This document shows, one piece after another, positions 1-11,739 of a DNA stretch of 64,000 nucleotides (position 1 is its first letter; each line of letters begins with the position of its first letter). The stretch comes from an uncultured delta proteobacterium. Its GTDB lineage: Bacteria; Myxococcota; UBA727; VGSZ01. The stretch is taken from contig CAVZJB010000011.1 of the NCBI GenBank assembly GCA_963775425.1, positions 960,001-1,024,000 of the forward strand. The letters run 5' to 3'. A program made the translations under genes and the position numbers. The notes under the pieces are model-generated. The model made no database searches, was not told the origin of the DNA, and worked only from the letters and a program-made list of their open reading frames with translations.

Positions 1-1170
1 GCGCTCGACGTTTCGATGGATGCGCTCGGCGTGCGCCCGCACGCGCTGCGCTCTCGCGTCGCCCATCTCGTCGCGCAGGAGGCTCCCCGCGGCCATGAGC
101 ACCGCGCTCAGCGGGTTGCGCAGGTCGCGCGACACCACCGACAGAACGTCCTCTCTGGCGCGCCCGGCTTCGGCGGCGTCCCGTCGCGCCGAGGCCACGG
201 CCTCGCGCAGGCGCACGCGCTCGAGCGCGCGCGCGGCTTGCGCCGCGAGCAGCGAGAGGAACAACGGCTCCTCCACGCGCGGCGCGACGCCCGGCGCGAC
301 GTCGAACGCGATCAGGCCGCGCACGCGGCCGCTGGCGACGAGCGGCACGCAGATGTCTCCGGCCGCGTCGCCGTCGTGCGGCGCGGTCGCCTCGAACGGC
401 GCCTCCTCGGCCCGCCGCACCGGCACCGCCCGGACCCGGCTGCCCGCGCCGTCGTCGATGACGAAGAAGCGCGCGCGCGCGGCCCCGGCGGGGCCGGCGG
501 CGGCGCGGACGACGATGGCGGCGATGGAGCCGTCGTCGTGACAGCCGTCGAGCGCCGCGCTCACCGCCGCAAACCGCTCGAGCGCCGCGCGGCCTCCCGC
601 GTCGTCGGGCGTTGAGAGCGCCGCGTCGTTTTCGAGCGACGCGTCCTGCGCCCACGCGCTGTCGGCGCCCGCCGCGCGCTTGCCGCCGGCGAGGACGCCC
701 GTGAGCAACGTGCAGCCGCGGCGCGCACACGCCTCCGCCCAATGCGCGCCGGCGAGCGCGGCGGCGTCACGGGGGCGCGTCTGTACGTAGACGCGCACGG
801 CGTTCCCGACGGCGTGCTCCGCGGCGCCGACGAGGAGCGCGCCTGCCTCGCGGTCGAAGCGCTTGGCGTCGGGCGCGCCGTCGACGAAGATGCTGGCGAG
901 CAGCTCGTCGGCGTCGCGCTCGAAGATGCGCTCCTCGCGCGCGCCGTGCCGCAGCGCCGCGGCCCCCGGACGGAGCGCCGCGAGCACGCCGTCGCGCTGG
1001 CGCGCGCTTGCGACGATGACGACCGCGCCGCCCGCGCGCAGCGCCGGCCCGAGGAACGCCGCGGCGCGCGCCACAGCCGCTTCGTCGTCGTCGGCGATGA
1101 ACATGGAGTGGCGTGGCGAGACGTCGTGGCGCTCGTGCTCGATGTGGGCGTTGGTGCTGGTCGTGGTCAT
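1..1170 (-). CDS. Sensor histidine kinase-like protein, MEDS-GAF-HisKA (runs off the left edge)
   Basis: Not in the ORF track. Stop-free minus frame from ATG 1170, with GAGGGG upstream. It reads MTTTSTNAHIEH...HSMFIADDDEAAVARAAAFLGPALRAGGAVVIVAS (MEDS-like), then ICVPLVASGRVRGLIAF...LSLLAAQAARALER (GAF), then REDVLSVVSRDLRNPLSAV (H-box with H->R). Confidence 0.8.
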   Translation of the reverse strand, partial: MTTTSTNAHIEHERHDVSPRHSMFIADDDEAAVARAAAFLGPALRAGGAVVIVASARQRDGVLAALRPGAAALRHGAREERIFERDADELLASIFVDGAPDAKRFDREAGALLVGAAEHAVGNAVRVYVQTRPRDAAALAGAHWAEACARRGCTLLTGVLAGGKRAAGADSAWAQDASLENDAALSTPDDAGGRAALERFAAVSAALDGCHDDGSIAAIVVRAAAGPAGAARARFFVIDDGAGSRVRAVPVRRAEEAPFEATAPHDGDAAGDICVPLVASGRVRGLIAFDVAPGVAPRVEEPLFLSLLAAQAARALERVRLREAVASARRDAAEAGRAREDVLSVVSRDLRNPLSAVLMAAGSLLRDEMGDARAQRVRAHAERIHRNVER

Positions 1171-1276
1171 GCGCGTCCCCTCGTGGCCAAGACAACGCGC
1201 CACGCGCGCATCGTCAATCTCAGACATAGGAACCGCGCAGCGGCGGACGTGCCGCGTACGGCCAAGCGTGCTGCGA

Positions 1277-1790
1277 TCACCCGCGCGCGAGCGATGCGGC
1301 GATGCGCGCGACGTGCGTGCGCACGAAGGTGCACGCCTCGTCGTCATCGAGGGCGGCGGGCCAGAGCATCTCCATGCCGGCGCCCGCGAAAGAGAAGGGG
1401 GCGCCGCCGTTCGCAGCCGCAGGCGCGCGCGCACGATGTCCGCGGCGACGATCCGGCACGGTGGCCACGAGCGCGGTCCCTTCCACCAGCGCGCCTACGG
1501 CGGAGAACGTCGACACCGAGCAACGCACGGTGCGCGCGACGCCGAGCATGTCCTCGACGATGCCGCGCAGATCGCCGTTGTACGAGACGATGACCTGCTC
1601 GGGCGCGGAGCGCGCGCGAGGCTCGGCTTCTTGCCGAGCGTGGCGTGCCGCGGATCGAGCACGCAGCGATCGCCGCCCCGAAACAGGGTGGTCCGCCGGG
1701 TGCCCGAAGGGACGTCGTCGGCGACGGTGACGGCGACGTCGATGCTGCGCGTGCGCAGCGCCTCGGCGACCGTGCGAAACCGCCCTGGGC
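1277..1790 (-). pseudogene. LysR-family regulator remnant (substrate-binding domain only, frameshifted)
   Basis: FRTVAEALRTRSIDVAVTVADDVPSG...LFRGGDRCVLDPRH in one frame, and VIVSYNGDLRGIVEDMLG...CSVSTFSAVGALVEGTALVATVP...MEMLWPAALDDD in another. No HTH upstream. Confidence 0.7.
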
Positions 1791-1947
1791 GCGCTCGACA
1801 AGCCGCTGTCGGCCGCCGACCTCGCCGCGCTCGAGTCACTGCTGCCGAAGGACGCGGTGGCCGGCACGCGCCACGGCGCCGAGCAGATGAAGCACCTCGA
1901 CAGCGAGCGCTGATCCTTCGTGCGCGACGCGGCGGCGTGTCCGCCGC

Positions 1948-3117
1948 TCAGCCTCTGAAGGCCGCGTGGCCGGTGAGGTGCTGCCCGATGACGAGGAGGT
2001 GGATGTCGTTGGTGCCCTCGTAGGTGTAGACGGTCTCGAGGTTGCACATGTGGCGCATCACCGGGTAGTCGTCGGTGATGCCGTTGGCGCCGAGGATGTC
2101 GCGGCACGTGCGGGCGATGTCGAGCGCGCAACGCACGTTGTTCATCTTGGCCATCGACACCTGCACCGGCTCGAGCTTGCCGGCCTCCTTCAGCCGGCAG
2201 AGCTGAAGCGAGAGGAGCTGCGCCTTGGTCAGCTCCGTCGCCATGGCGGCGAGCTTGCCCTGGACGAGCTGCATGGCCGCGATGGGCTTGCCGAAGGCGA
2301 CCCGCGTCTTGGCGAACTCGAGCGCGCTCTCCAGGCACGCCGCCGCCGAGCCGAGCACGCCGAAGGCGATGCCGCCGCGCGCCTCGAAGAGGCACGACAG
2401 CGCGCTCTTGAGGCCCGCGCTCTTCGGGAGCACGTTCGCGTCGGGGACGAACACCTCTTCCATCACCAGCTCCGCGGTGTCCGAGCAGCGGAAGCTCTGC
2501 TTCTTGTCGATGGCGAGCTGTGAGAAGCCCTTCATGCCCTTCTCGAGGACGAAGCCCTTGATGGAGCGCGCGTCGTCGCCGGTCTTGGCCCAGACCACGG
2601 CGACGTCGGCGCGGGTGCCGTTGGTGATCCAGCGCTTGGTGCCGGACAGCTTGAAGCCGCCGTCGACCTGAACGGCGCGCGTGCGCATGGAGGCGGGGTC
2701 CGATCCGGCGTCGGGCTCGGTGAGGCCGAAGCAGCCGACCTTCTTGCCGGCGGCGAGGTCGGGCAGGAAGCGCTGCTTCTGTTCGTCGGAGCCGAAGGTG
2801 AAGATCGGGTGCATGCAGAGGCTGCCCTGCACCGAGACGAAGCTGCGGATGCCGCTGTCGGCGCGCTCGAGCTCCGCGAGCGCCAGCCAGTAGGACAGCG
2901 GGCCCATGCCCGCGCAGCCGTAGCCGGTGAGCGTGGCGCCGAGGAGCCCCAGCTCCGCGAAGCCGGGGACGAGATCGTGTGGGAAGGTGCCGTTCCTGTA
3001 GTGCTCGGCCACCACGGGCGCCACGCGCTTGTCCACGAAGCGGCGCACGGTGTCGCGCACGGCGCGCTCTTCGTCGGTCAGGAGGTGGTCGATGTCGAAG
3101 AGGTCGGTGGGCCGCAT
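1948..3117 (-). CDS. gcdH: Acyl-CoA dehydrogenase, glutaryl-CoA dehydrogenase type
   Basis: GCFGLTEPDAGSDP, GTKRWITNG and MRHMCNLETVYTYEGTNDIH motifs. Start taken at MRPTDLF. Confidence 0.85.
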   Translation of the reverse strand: MRPTDLFDIDHLLTDEERAVRDTVRRFVDKRVAPVVAEHYRNGTFPHDLVPGFAELGLLGATLTGYGCAGMGPLSYWLALAELERADSGIRSFVSVQGSLCMHPIFTFGSDEQKQRFLPDLAAGKKVGCFGLTEPDAGSDPASMRTRAVQVDGGFKLSGTKRWITNGTRADVAVVWAKTGDDARSIKGFVLEKGMKGFSQLAIDKKQSFRCSDTAELVMEEVFVPDANVLPKSAGLKSALSCLFEARGGIAFGVLGSAAACLESALEFAKTRVAFGKPIAAMQLVQGKLAAMATELTKAQLLSLQLCRLKEAGKLEPVQVSMAKMNNVRCALDIARTCRDILGANGITDDYPVMRHMCNLETVYTYEGTNDIHLLVIGQHLTGHAAFRG

Positions 3118-3169
3118 CTGCCCATGAATGCGCATCGGGTGACGACGTGCAATGCGCTATTGTGTCCGC

Positions 3170-4252
3170 ATGGTTCGTTTCCTCCTGTTTGCCCAGCTCG
3201 TCGCCGCCGCGCCCGCGCTCGCCGCGGACGCCTTCCTTTGCAGCGACAGCTTCAGCGCCGGCGACAACGCCGACTTCGAGCTCGGCTTCGCGTCGGGGGA
3301 GGAAGCGGCCGTGCAGATCGCGCCGCCCGTGGACGCGTTCCCGCTCACCCTCACGAGCGCGTTCCTGTTCTACGGCCAGAACGACGACAACAACGGCTCC
3401 GTCGAGACGCTCGTGGTCTACGACGACGCCGGCGGGCTCCCCGGCACGGAGCTCGGCACCACGCAGGCGCCGCTCGTGGACTCCACGGAGCAGCTCAACC
3501 AGGTCGCGTTCAATCCGCCCCTCACCGTCGCCGGCGGACCGTTCTGGGTCTCGCTGCGCCTCACCCGCGGGGGCGACGCCCTCAACGGCGCGCCCGGGCC
3601 CGCCGCCGACGGCGCCGCCAGCGCCACGCAGAGCGCCATCTTCGCCGGCGGCCAGTGGAACGTCGCCGGTGACCTCGGCGTCACGGGCAACTGGATCATC
3701 CGCGCCGAGGCCACCACGGCCGCTGCCCAGGACGACGCCGCGTGCCGCCTCGACGGCGGCAGCATCGCCGGCGGCGAGGGAGAGGGCGAGGGCGAGGGCG
3801 ACGTCGGCGAGGGTGAAGGCGAGGGCGAAGGGGAAGGCGAGGGCGAAGGCGAAGGCGAAGGGGAAGGCGAGGGCGACGCCCCCGGCCTCACCCTGACGAG
3901 CGTGAACCCGCCGACCACGGTCGAGGGGACGGAGGTGCGCGTCACGGTCACCGGCAGCGGCTTCGTCGACGGCCTGGCGCTGCGCGTGGGATCGCTGCCG
4001 TGCACGGGGGTCGAGGTCCAAAACGACGGCGCCGCGCTCGCCACGGTGCCCGCGGGCCTCGCTGCCGGTGTGTACGACGTCATCGCGCAGCAGGGCGCCG
4101 ACCAGTTCGTGTTCCCGAGCGGCTTCACGGTGACCCCGGGCGGCGGCTGCGGCTGTGCGTCCTCGGGGGACGGTGCGCCGCTGTTCGCGTGTGGGGCCGC
4201 GCTGCTCTTCGCCGCGCGCCGTCGCCGTGCGCGCGTGCGCCGCCTGCGCTGA
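3170..4252 (+). CDS. Secreted protein with (GE)n linker, IPT/TIG domain and MYXO-CTERM-like anchor
   Basis: Signal peptide, GEGEGE tract, LTSVNP...VTVTGSGF (IPT/TIG), and C-terminal GGCGCA followed by a hydrophobic stretch and RRRR. Confidence 0.8.
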   Translation: MVRFLLFAQLVAAAPALAADAFLCSDSFSAGDNADFELGFASGEEAAVQIAPPVDAFPLTLTSAFLFYGQNDDNNGSVETLVVYDDAGGLPGTELGTTQAPLVDSTEQLNQVAFNPPLTVAGGPFWVSLRLTRGGDALNGAPGPAADGAASATQSAIFAGGQWNVAGDLGVTGNWIIRAEATTAAAQDDAACRLDGGSIAGGEGEGEGEGDVGEGEGEGEGEGEGEGEGEGEGEGDAPGLTLTSVNPPTTVEGTEVRVTVTGSGFVDGLALRVGSLPCTGVEVQNDGAALATVPAGLAAGVYDVIAQQGADQFVFPSGFTVTPGGGCGCASSGDGAPLFACGAALLFAARRRRARVRRLR

Positions 4253-4302
4253 CGAGGGGCGTCCGGCCTTGAGCCGCGTCGGGCATGGTGCCAATAGGCG
4301 GC

Positions 4303-6107
<1,805 letters not shown>

Positions 6108-6144
6108 CGCCGCCGCCGCCGCCGCCGTCATCGGGGCGCGCGCG

Positions 6145-6913
6145 TCACCGGCGGACGGGGACGACGAGCACGCGCCCCTCGGACACCACGAGCGCGTCGT
6201 CGCCGTCGGCGCCGATGAGGGACGACTCGGGCGGGGCCATCCACGCGGCGAGCTCCTTGCCGCTGGCGGGGTCGAGCAGCTCGAGCTCGCCGGCGTTGTC
6301 GACGACCAGCCCGCCCCGCACGAAGACCGCCGTGCTCCCGGCGAGCGGCAGCACCCGGGGCGCTCCGCGCGGCGCCGGCGTCACCAACTTAAGGCCGCGC
6401 TCCCGACGGACCACCGCGTGGCGCCCGTCGGGCGACACCCTCAACAGCTCATCGAGCCCCGGCCGCACCCCGACGTCGAGGGCGACGCCGCGCAACACCA
6501 GGTGCCCGGCCGCCACCATCGCCGGCCGATCCTTCGCGTCGACGTCGACGGCCGTCACCCGCGTCGCGATGATCGGCTCCTCGGCGGCGCCGGTGTCGAC
6601 GTCGACGCGGAACAAGCGGCCGCCGCGCACCACCCACGCGGTCGCTCCGCCCCTCGTCACGCGGGCCGGTCGCGGGACGGCGAGCCCGGCGCGCGCCCGC
6701 GCACCGTGAACGCGCCGTCGCGCTCGACGACGCGCGCCACCGAAGGCCCGGCCACGACGGTGGTGTGCGCGCGTCCGGCATGCGCACGTCGCCCGACAGG
6801 CCGGGCGCGAAGAACAGCAGCTTGCCGCCGCCGTCCCACACCCGCAGCCCGTCGATGGACACGGTGGCGACGCGGCTGCGGTCGGGCGACAGCGCCGCCG
6901 CGCGCGGCGCCAT
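6145..6913 (-). pseudogene. Beta-propeller (WD40/YVTN-like) protein remnant, frameshifted and 5'-truncated
   Basis: [41 protein letters not shown] and [10 protein letters not shown] blades are spread over three frames. Confidence 0.55.
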
Positions 6914-6915
6914 CG

Positions 6916-7050
6916 GGTGCCGCCCTCGACTTCAACCGCGCCTACAACCCGCCGTGCGCGCTCACGCCGTTCGCCACGTGTCCGCTGCCGCGGCCGGAGA
7001 ACACGCTCGCGGTACGCGTCGCCGCCGGCGAGAAGAAGGTCGCGGAGTAG
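6916..7050 (+). pseudogene. C-terminal fragment of a DUF1684 family protein
   Basis: [37 protein letters not shown] is the family C-terminal signature. The N-terminal part is missing. Confidence 0.8.
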
Positions 7051-7108
7051 GCACGGCGGCGCGCTTGCGCGACGAGGAAGGCACGCGTCGTCTGAGGTCG
7101 GCAGATCT

Positions 7109-7873
7109 TCAGCCGAGCCGGAGCTCACCGAGTAGCGCGCGCGGCGTCGCCCCTGCGATCGCGCGGAACTCGGCGATGAGATGCGCCTGGTCGTAGTAGC
7201 CGACCTCGGCGGCGATGCTCGCCCAGCTCGCGTGCGCATCTTTGCGCGCGGCTCGCAGCGCGCGATGGAAGCGCGTGACCCTCACGAACGCCTTGGGGCT
7301 CATGCCGACGGTCTCACGGAACACGCGACGCAAGTGCCGCTCGCTCACCCCGAGGTCGTCGGCGACGGCGCTGACGCTGGCGCTCGTGAGCCTGTCAGCG
7401 GCGGCGAGCGCGAGCTGCGCGGGGGGCCGCGCCCCCGAGGTCGCGAGGCGCTCGGCGATCGCGCGCTGCAGGCGGGCTGCCGCAACACCCGTGTCGCGCG
7501 CGTCGGCGAGGTAAGCGCACAGTCGCCGCGTGGCGGCCGCGCCCCACAGATCTTCGAGCGCGACGATGCGCCCCGCCAGCGCGGAGGCAGGAACGCCGAG
7601 CAGCGCGTCCGGCGCGCCCAGGTGCAGGCGCGCGGTTACGCTCCGCTGTCCGCTGCGGACGACCTTGCGATGTGCCTTGTCCCGTGCGCCGAACGCATGC
7701 ACGTCGAGCCCGTTGTGCGCCGACGGCCCGAAACGCGCGACGAGGTGGATCTCCGGGCGCGGCATCGCGACGCGCGGCATGTCGCGGTCGCACTCGTCTA
7801 CGAACAGCGCCGCCACGGCGGACGCGGTCGACGCGATCGGCGCGATGCGTTCGTGGATTGCGCTCGTTGGCAT
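7109..7873 (-). CDS. AraC-family transcriptional regulator
   Basis: VADDLGVSERHLRRVFRETVGMSPK and GYYDQAHLIAEFRAIAG double HTH. Divergent from an SDR gene. Confidence 0.92.
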   Translation of the reverse strand: MPTSAIHERIAPIASTASAVAALFVDECDRDMPRVAMPRPEIHLVARFGPSAHNGLDVHAFGARDKAHRKVVRSGQRSVTARLHLGAPDALLGVPASALAGRIVALEDLWGAAATRRLCAYLADARDTGVAAARLQRAIAERLATSGARPPAQLALAAADRLTSASVSAVADDLGVSERHLRRVFRETVGMSPKAFVRVTRFHRALRAARKDAHASWASIAAEVGYYDQAHLIAEFRAIAGATPRALLGELRLG

Positions 7874-7974
7874 GTGACGATTCTGGGTGCGCGATCGACC
7901 ATCGCGCAAGGTCCCGCGCGCGCATGTCCGCTTCTTCCAATCTCGGGCGCGCGACGGCCGCTACGTTGTGCAGC

Positions 7975-8808
7975 ATGAAGATCCTCGTCACCGGAGCGAC
8001 CGGAAAGGTCGGCAGCCGCCTCAGTAGACGCCTCGCCCAGCGCGGTGATGACGTGCGCGCCCTGGTGCGCGACCGGGCGCGCGCCGACGACCTGCGCGAA
8101 GCGCGCGTCGAGCTCGCCGAAGGCGATCTGCTCCGGCCGGATTCACTCGCGGCCGCGGTGCGCGGCGTCGACGCCGTGGTCCACTGCGCGGCCTTCTTTC
8201 GTGGCGCGACGCCCGAGCAAGCGCACGAGGTCAATGATGTCGGCACGCGAAACCTCGCGACCGCCGCCCGCGCCGCCCTTGTCAAGCGCTTCATCTTCAC
8301 GAGCACCGGGCTGGTCTACGGCTCGAATGGTGGCCGTCTCGCGCACGAGGACGACGCGTGCGCGCCGACCGCCGCGTACCCGGTGAGCAAGCTCGTCGCC
8401 GAGCGCTTTCTCCTCGCGATCGACGGGCTCGACGTGCGCGTGCTGCGGCTGCCGTTTGTCTACGGCGACGGCGATGCGCACATCGCGGAGGCGATCGGGA
8501 TGATGCGCGGCTTCCCGCCGACGCAGCGCATGTCGATCGCGCACCACGCTGATGTCGCGCAAGCCGTCGCGCGCCTGCTCGACGCCGCGTCGCCGGCCCA
8601 TCGCATCTACAACGTGGTCGACGACGAAGCCCCCGACTTGGCCACGTTGTTCGCGTCCGTGGGCGCGCCGCCGCCCGATGGCTCTGCCGTCGAGGCCGCG
8701 CGCGCCTTCGACTGTCTGCTGGACGGTCGCCGCATCCGCGAAGACCTCGGCTTCGAGCCCACGTTCCCCCGGCTCGCGGACGCGCCGCGAGCGTTGGAAC
8801 GCGGCTGA
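7975..8808 (+). CDS. NAD-dependent epimerase/dehydratase (extended SDR)
   Basis: MKILVTGATGKVG Rossmann motif and YPVSK catalytic YxxxK. Confidence 0.9.
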   Translation: MKILVTGATGKVGSRLSRRLAQRGDDVRALVRDRARADDLREARVELAEGDLLRPDSLAAAVRGVDAVVHCAAFFRGATPEQAHEVNDVGTRNLATAARAALVKRFIFTSTGLVYGSNGGRLAHEDDACAPTAAYPVSKLVAERFLLAIDGLDVRVLRLPFVYGDGDAHIAEAIGMMRGFPPTQRMSIAHHADVAQAVARLLDAASPAHRIYNVVDDEAPDLATLFASVGAPPPDGSAVEAARAFDCLLDGRRIREDLGFEPTFPRLADAPRALERG

Positions 8809-8856
8809 GCGTGACGGGTGAGCGGGAGAGCGGCTCGAAGCGATCGTGTCCCGCCG

Positions 8857-9290
8857 TCACACCGGGGGCGCTAAGAACGAGCACGTGGGGCGCGCGCTCT
8901 CGTGATCCGCCGTGGCTTCGCGCGTGGTGCCGTCCGCGAGCCACACGCGCATCACGATCTGCGCGCTGCACGCCGCCGACACGGCGCGGCCGTGGCAGTC
9001 GCCGTCGCAGAACGCGGTGTCCGCGGTCCATGAAAACGGCGCCAACGCCTGATCGTCGAAGCGCGCCGCGAGCACGTACTCGCCGTTGTCGTTCGGGGCT
9101 CCCCAGTCGAAGCCGTCGGCGTCGTCGAAGATCGTTGGCGCGTCGAACACCACGTCGCGCGCGATCCACTCCACCGACGCCACGTCGAGCGACGCGTCCG
9201 CCGACGGCACCAGGTCTTCGCGTTCGTCGATGGGTCCATGGTACGCGGCGTCGAACGCGACGCCGTCGCCGAACGCGGACGTGCCTCCGT
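8857..9290 (-). pseudogene. 5'-truncated hypothetical protein
   Basis: Coding-like frame GTSAFGDGVAFDAAYHGPIDEREDLVPSADASLDV...RPTCSFLAPPV with no credible start. Confidence 0.4.
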
Positions 9291-9434
9291 GGCGCGGCCT
9301 TCGCCATGGCCGCGACGCTCCACGCCGCGTGGCTCTTCACGATCGACGATCACGCAGCCATCGTGGAGATCGAGATGGTCATGGACCCCGCGCGCCTCGG
9401 CGGGCTCGTCGTCACCTTCGACCGCCATCACTGA
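9291..9434 (+). pseudogene. C-terminal fragment of an ECF41/SigJ-like sigma factor (SnoaL-like tail)
   Basis: GAAFAMAATLHAAWLFTIDDHAAIVEIEMVMDPARLGGL resembles the FTI...IVEIE.V.DP.RL end of this family. Confidence 0.55.
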
Positions 9435-9478
9435 CCGCGGCGAGCGCAGGAGAGCGGACCTGTGGTACCTCTGATCGC

Positions 9479-10240
9479 ATGCTGGCCCTGCTCCTCCTTG
9501 CCGGGACACCCGTCGCAGCGCTCCCGGCCGCCGCCGAGCCTTCCGGGCCGACGTCGTCGAGCGCGCCCTTCGAGACCATGAAGGTGCTCGTCCTCGACTT
9601 TCGGGCGGATGGCGCCGCGCCGTCGACCACGCGCGTCGTGCGCGACGAGATCGCCATCGACCTCGGCCATGACAAGCGCTTCGAGGTGCTGACCTCGGAG
9701 GACCTGCGGCGCACCGTGTCCGTCGAGTCCGATCGCGAGCAAGCCGGGTGCACGAGCGAGAGCTGCCTCGCGGAGCTCGGCGCGGCGATGGGCGCGCGCT
9801 ACATCGTCCACGGCAGCGTCGGCGTGCTCGGGAGCTCCACCGTCGTGCAGCTCAACCTCTTCGACACCAAGGCCGCGAAGGCCATCGACCGCGAGAGCGC
9901 GGAGGCCCTGTCGAAGGAGGCGCTCCTCGACGCGCTGCACGGCGCCGTGGCGCGGCTGCGTGCGCACATCGGCGGTGAGCCCGAGGGCCCGTCGCCGCTC
10001 TTCGTCACCGGCCTCGTCGGTGCCGGCGTCGGCGGCACCGCGCTCGTCGCGAGCTTGCTCGGGGTCGCGGTCACGCTGCCGACGGTGAAGAACACCACGC
10101 CGCCGGCGTCGGGCGGGCCCTCGGGCAACGACCGCGGCACGGCGCAGGTCGTCGGTGCGCTGTCCACCGTCGCCGCCGGCGTGTCCGGCGCCGTCCTCGC
10201 CGGCAGCGTCGCCGTGCTCGCCGCGGGGCTCGCCGAATGA
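9479..10240 (+). CDS. Exported protein with TolB-N/CsgG-like alpha/beta domain and C-terminal TM helices
   Basis: Signal peptide, KVLVLDF...GCTSESCLAELGAAMGARYIVHGSVG, and hydrophobic C-terminal helices. Confidence 0.75.
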   Translation: MLALLLLAGTPVAALPAAAEPSGPTSSSAPFETMKVLVLDFRADGAAPSTTRVVRDEIAIDLGHDKRFEVLTSEDLRRTVSVESDREQAGCTSESCLAELGAAMGARYIVHGSVGVLGSSTVVQLNLFDTKAAKAIDRESAEALSKEALLDALHGAVARLRAHIGGEPEGPSPLFVTGLVGAGVGGTALVASLLGVAVTLPTVKNTTPPASGGPSGNDRGTAQVVGALSTVAAGVSGAVLAGSVAVLAAGLAE

Positions 10241-11253
10241 GCCCGCGCGCCACAGCTCTCGTCTGCGCCCTCTTCCTTGCCGTCGTGCTCGCGCTCGGCG
10301 CGGCCGCCTGTGAATTCTTCTCGCCGCTGGCGTGCACCGAGAGCGCGAGCTGCCCCGACAGCGCGTCCCACTGCGTCGACGGCGTGTGCGTCGCCCGCAC
10401 GGGCGAGGGTGAGGGTGAAGGCGAAGGCGAGGGTGAGGGCGAAGGCGAAGGCGAGGGTGAGGGTGAAGGCGAAGGCGAAGGTGAAGGCGAAGGCGAAGGC
10501 GAAGGCGAGGGCGAAGGCGAGGGTGAAGGTGAAGGCGAGGGCGAGGGCGAGGGCGAGGGCGAGGGCGAGGGCGAGCCGCCGCTGAACGTGCTGATCCAGG
10601 CCGTGCAAGACGGGACCGTCGATCTGGAGACCACCGTCGAGCTCGACCACGTCATCGTGACGGCGCTGGTGCGCCCCGGCAACGTGACCGTCGCGGTCCA
10701 GGAGCCGTCGGGCGTCACCTCGGGCGCGCACACGTATCCAGACTTCGCCGGCATGGAGCTGTTCGCGGCGGCCGCGGACGCGGCGTCGGTGCCGGGCCTT
10801 TCGAGCCTCTCCGTCGGGGACTGCATCGACGTCGTCGGCGTGAGCAGCGAATTCCGCGGCCAGACACAGATCGCCCCCATCTCGTCCATCACGACAGCCA
10901 CGGGCTGCGGGAGCGCGCCGGCGCCGCTCGTCGTCGACGTGGCCGACGTCGCCAGCAACGCCGCCGCCGGCGGGCCGGGGCCGAGAGCGGAGAGCCTCGA
11001 GGGCGTGCTCATCGAGCTCCAGGACGTGACCGTGCTCTCGGGAGACGAGCAGGCCTTCAAGGTCGCCTCCTCGAGCGGCGGGACGGAAGAGGTGGATGTC
11101 AACCCGTTCCTCACGGGCGGGAGCTTCACGACGCCGATCAGCGTCGGGCAGACCTTCTCGTCGCTGGTCGGCGTCTACGCCGAGTTCGACGCGCTCTCGG
11201 GCGAGAGCTTCTATTTCCTCGAGCCCCGCAGCGACGCCGACCTCACGCCGTGA
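10237..11253 (+). CDS. Lipoprotein with Cys-rich module, long (GE)n linker and OB-fold-like C-terminal domains
   Basis: Lipobox AAAC, C-x4-C-x6-C-x4-C module, about 30 GE repeats, VGDCIDVVGVSSEFRGQTQI and AESLEGVLIELQDVTV. ATGA overlap with the previous gene. Confidence 0.75.
   Translation: MSPRATALVCALFLAVVLALGAAACEFFSPLACTESASCPDSASHCVDGVCVARTGEGEGEGEGEGEGEGEGEGEGEGEGEGEGEGEGEGEGEGEGEGEGEGEGEGEGEGEGEPPLNVLIQAVQDGTVDLETTVELDHVIVTALVRPGNVTVAVQEPSGVTSGAHTYPDFAGMELFAAAADAASVPGLSSLSVGDCIDVVGVSSEFRGQTQIAPISSITTATGCGSAPAPLVVDVADVASNAAAGGPGPRAESLEGVLIELQDVTVLSGDEQAFKVASSSGGTEEVDVNPFLTGGSFTTPISVGQTFSSLVGVYAEFDALSGESFYFLEPRSDADLTP
10402..10575 (+). repeat. Coding (GGCGAR)n hexamer repeat encoding (Gly-Glu)n
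   Basis: Tandem ggcgag/ggcgaa/ggtgaa units. Similar tracts occur at about 3772-3873 and 29269-29445. Confidence 0.95.
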
Positions 11254-11256
11254 GGC

Positions 11257-11446
11257 TCAGGCGGGCCAACCCGCCGGGACGAGGTGCAGGAGCGGTTGCT
11301 GCAGCAGCGGCGCGACGACGTGGAGGATGATGTCGCCTGAGCGCGTTCATGTACGGCAGCACGCACACGGTTCCGACGACGGAGCCGGCCCAGATCGCGA
11401 CCGCGGTGCGCGAGAAGAACCGGCCGCGCTCGCCCGAGCGTGCCAC
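11257..11446 (-). pseudogene. CPBP (CAAX/Abi) intramembrane protease remnant with the middle deleted
   Basis: N-terminus AIWAGSVVGTVCVLPY is joined out of frame to C-terminus SGDIILHVVAPLLQ. Confidence 0.55.
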
Positions 11447-11739
11447 CTTGTCAGCATAGCAACGGCGCCGCGCGGGGCTTCATGCGCGGAGCGCCGCGAC
11501 GTCACCGCCGCCACGAAGTGCAGCGTGTCCGCGCTGCGACGGGCGCATGGTTCGCGGAAGGAGCGCCGCCGGCGGGGACGGCGGCGAGGCCCTTCCCCGT
11601 ACGGCGCCCGCCACCGGCACCTTGACGGCATTGCTTGCGCCCACTCGCCCGACGCGGAAGGGCCTCGTCGCCGGTCCAGGCGGCGCGGCCCAGTCCTCTG
11701 GGGTGCAAGGTCGCGGGCGATGTATTAGGCGTCGAACCC

